Shown here piece after piece: positions 63,327 to 64,000 of a DNA stretch of 64,000 bases (within the stretch, counting starts at the first letter, position 1; every line of letters starts with the position of its first letter). The position numbers and the translations under genes are program-made. The notes under the pieces are model-generated. The model had not been told where the DNA came from. It ran no database searches and was given only the letters and a program-made list of their open reading frames with translations. Origin of the DNA: Candidatus Omnitrophota bacterium (GTDB taxonomy: Bacteria; Omnitrophota; Gorgyraeia; 2-01-FULL-45-10); the NCBI GenBank assembly GCA_041661345.1, contig JBAZUO010000005.1, positions 3,977 through 67,976 on the forward strand, written 5' to 3'.

Positions 63327-64000
63327 CTAAAGATCCGCATATTTCCGCTTCTCGGTATCATACGTTTTCATCGTCACGTCGAGCTGAGTATAACAGGAAT
63401 CTGTCCTTTCCGCCAGCGCTTTAAGCTCTCTTGAAAGCTCGCTCCTTCGGATAGCCCCGAGGCCTCCTCGCGCTGAAGCCCCCGCCAACTCCTCATTTAT
63501 TGCCTTTACCCTATCCTCGGCTGAGATTATATCGGCCTCCAGGCGCTTTATCTTCTCCTCGAGAGGCTTTAAGACTTTCGATTTCATCGCGTTAAATTCC
63601 GCACGGACCTTTCTTGACATTTTACTGCTATACCCTTTAGACTGGGCCGGCAGCGGTACGGCCTTCGGCGTAACAGATCCCTCGGATGGAGATTGCGAAA
63701 CGGAAGGCTCGGGTATCGGCGGAGTTTGCAGCATCGAAGAAGATTTATCTCCATCGTCCTCTTCCCACCCTACGCTATCCAAAAATTCACTATAATTACC
63801 CGGATATAAAAATACCCTGTCATCCTTAAAAATAATAAGCTTCGTCGCTACTTCATTCAGGAAGTGCTCGTCATGCGCTACCACGAGCGCCGCGCCCTCG
63901 AAATCCCTTACGGCATCCATCATCGCCTGGCAGGATTCGATATCAAGATGGTGGGTGGGCTCATCAAGAAAAAGAATATTGGAAGGCGCTACGAGGAGTT
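63327..64000 (-). CDS. ABC-F family ATPase, C-terminal part (N-terminus beyond window)
   Basis: The frame stays open to the window edge: ...LLVAPSNILFLDEPTNHLDIESCQAMMDAVRDFEGAALVVAHDEHFL (Walker B/D-loop/H-loop of the second ABC domain), followed by a C-terminal coiled-coil tail. Confidence 0.8.
   Translation of the reverse strand, partial: LLVAPSNILFLDEPTHHLDIESCQAMMDAVRDFEGAALVVAHDEHFLNEVATKLIIFKDDRVFLYPGNYSEFLDSVGWEEDDGDKSSSMLQTPPIPEPSVSQSPSEGSVTPKAVPLPAQSKGYSSKMSRKVRAEFNAMKSKVLKPLEEKIKRLEADIISAEDRVKAINEELAGASARGGLGAIRRSELSRELKALAERTDSCYTQLDVTMKTYDTEKRKYADL

Overview
This 64-kb window comes from a diderm, apparently anaerobic bacterium. The evidence is a four-subunit pyruvate:ferredoxin oxidoreductase, GTP-PEPCK, GH57 alpha-glucan genes, NikR/HypA, and many lipobox and outer-membrane proteins. 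The lineage cannot be assigned from the sequence alone. I call about 66 protein genes, all but two on the minus strand, plus 3 tRNA genes. I recognise no rRNA, CRISPR array, transposase, integrase or phage gene.

Layout:
- 0-9 kb: metal homeostasis. This includes partial hypA, hldD, nikR, a zur-ABC importer-porin string, a DUF134/NifX-like pair and zupT.
- 9.4-15 kb: two GH57 enzymes, DUF4912 and a GT2.
- 15-23 kb: coiled-coil and peptidoglycan-binding lipoproteins, an aminotransferase, Lrp, mscL, a class I aldolase, pckG and a Zn-ADH.
- 23-32.2 kb: an accessory, partly A+T-rich block. It holds a flavodoxin, a BNR propeller, a Fer4_5 membrane protein, a SAM methyltransferase, two B12-type radical SAM enzymes, an exonuclease and a nucleotidyltransferase pair. 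It abuts the 3' end of tRNA-Asn.
- 32.6-45.7 kb: FecR and CHASE2-GGDEF, porGDAB, recR-dnaX, MFS, a hydrolase, a histidine kinase and tRNA-Arg.
- 46.4-59.3 kb: a nearly gapless 12-gene minus-strand string. It includes a GT-C-like membrane protein, an autotransporter, GT4 and HD-GYP, and a patatin / repeat protein / PlsC trio.
- 59.3-64 kb: tRNA-Ser with a hairpin-rich duplicated trailer, then GH5, GNAT, a CxxC-x17-CxxC protein and a partial ABC-F gene.

Strongest finding: tRNA-Asn(GUU) is split between anticodon positions 35 and 36 by a 206-nt IC3-like group I intron. P1 with its U.G wobble, omegaG, P3/P4/P5/P9 and the conserved core can all be read directly from the sequence.

Other leads:
- Reiterated tRNA-3'-end stubs delimit small cassettes next to tRNA-Asn.
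- A flavodoxin plus two class-B radical SAM locus has no assignable pathway.
- The tRNA-Ser trailer carries a repeat and duplication structure.
- An identical 14-mer lies exactly 12 nt downstream of two different tRNAs.
- A tightly coupled autotransporter-glycosyltransferase module is present.
- Several promoters appear to drive leaderless mRNAs.

All functional calls rest on my own motif recognition, and no database search was run.
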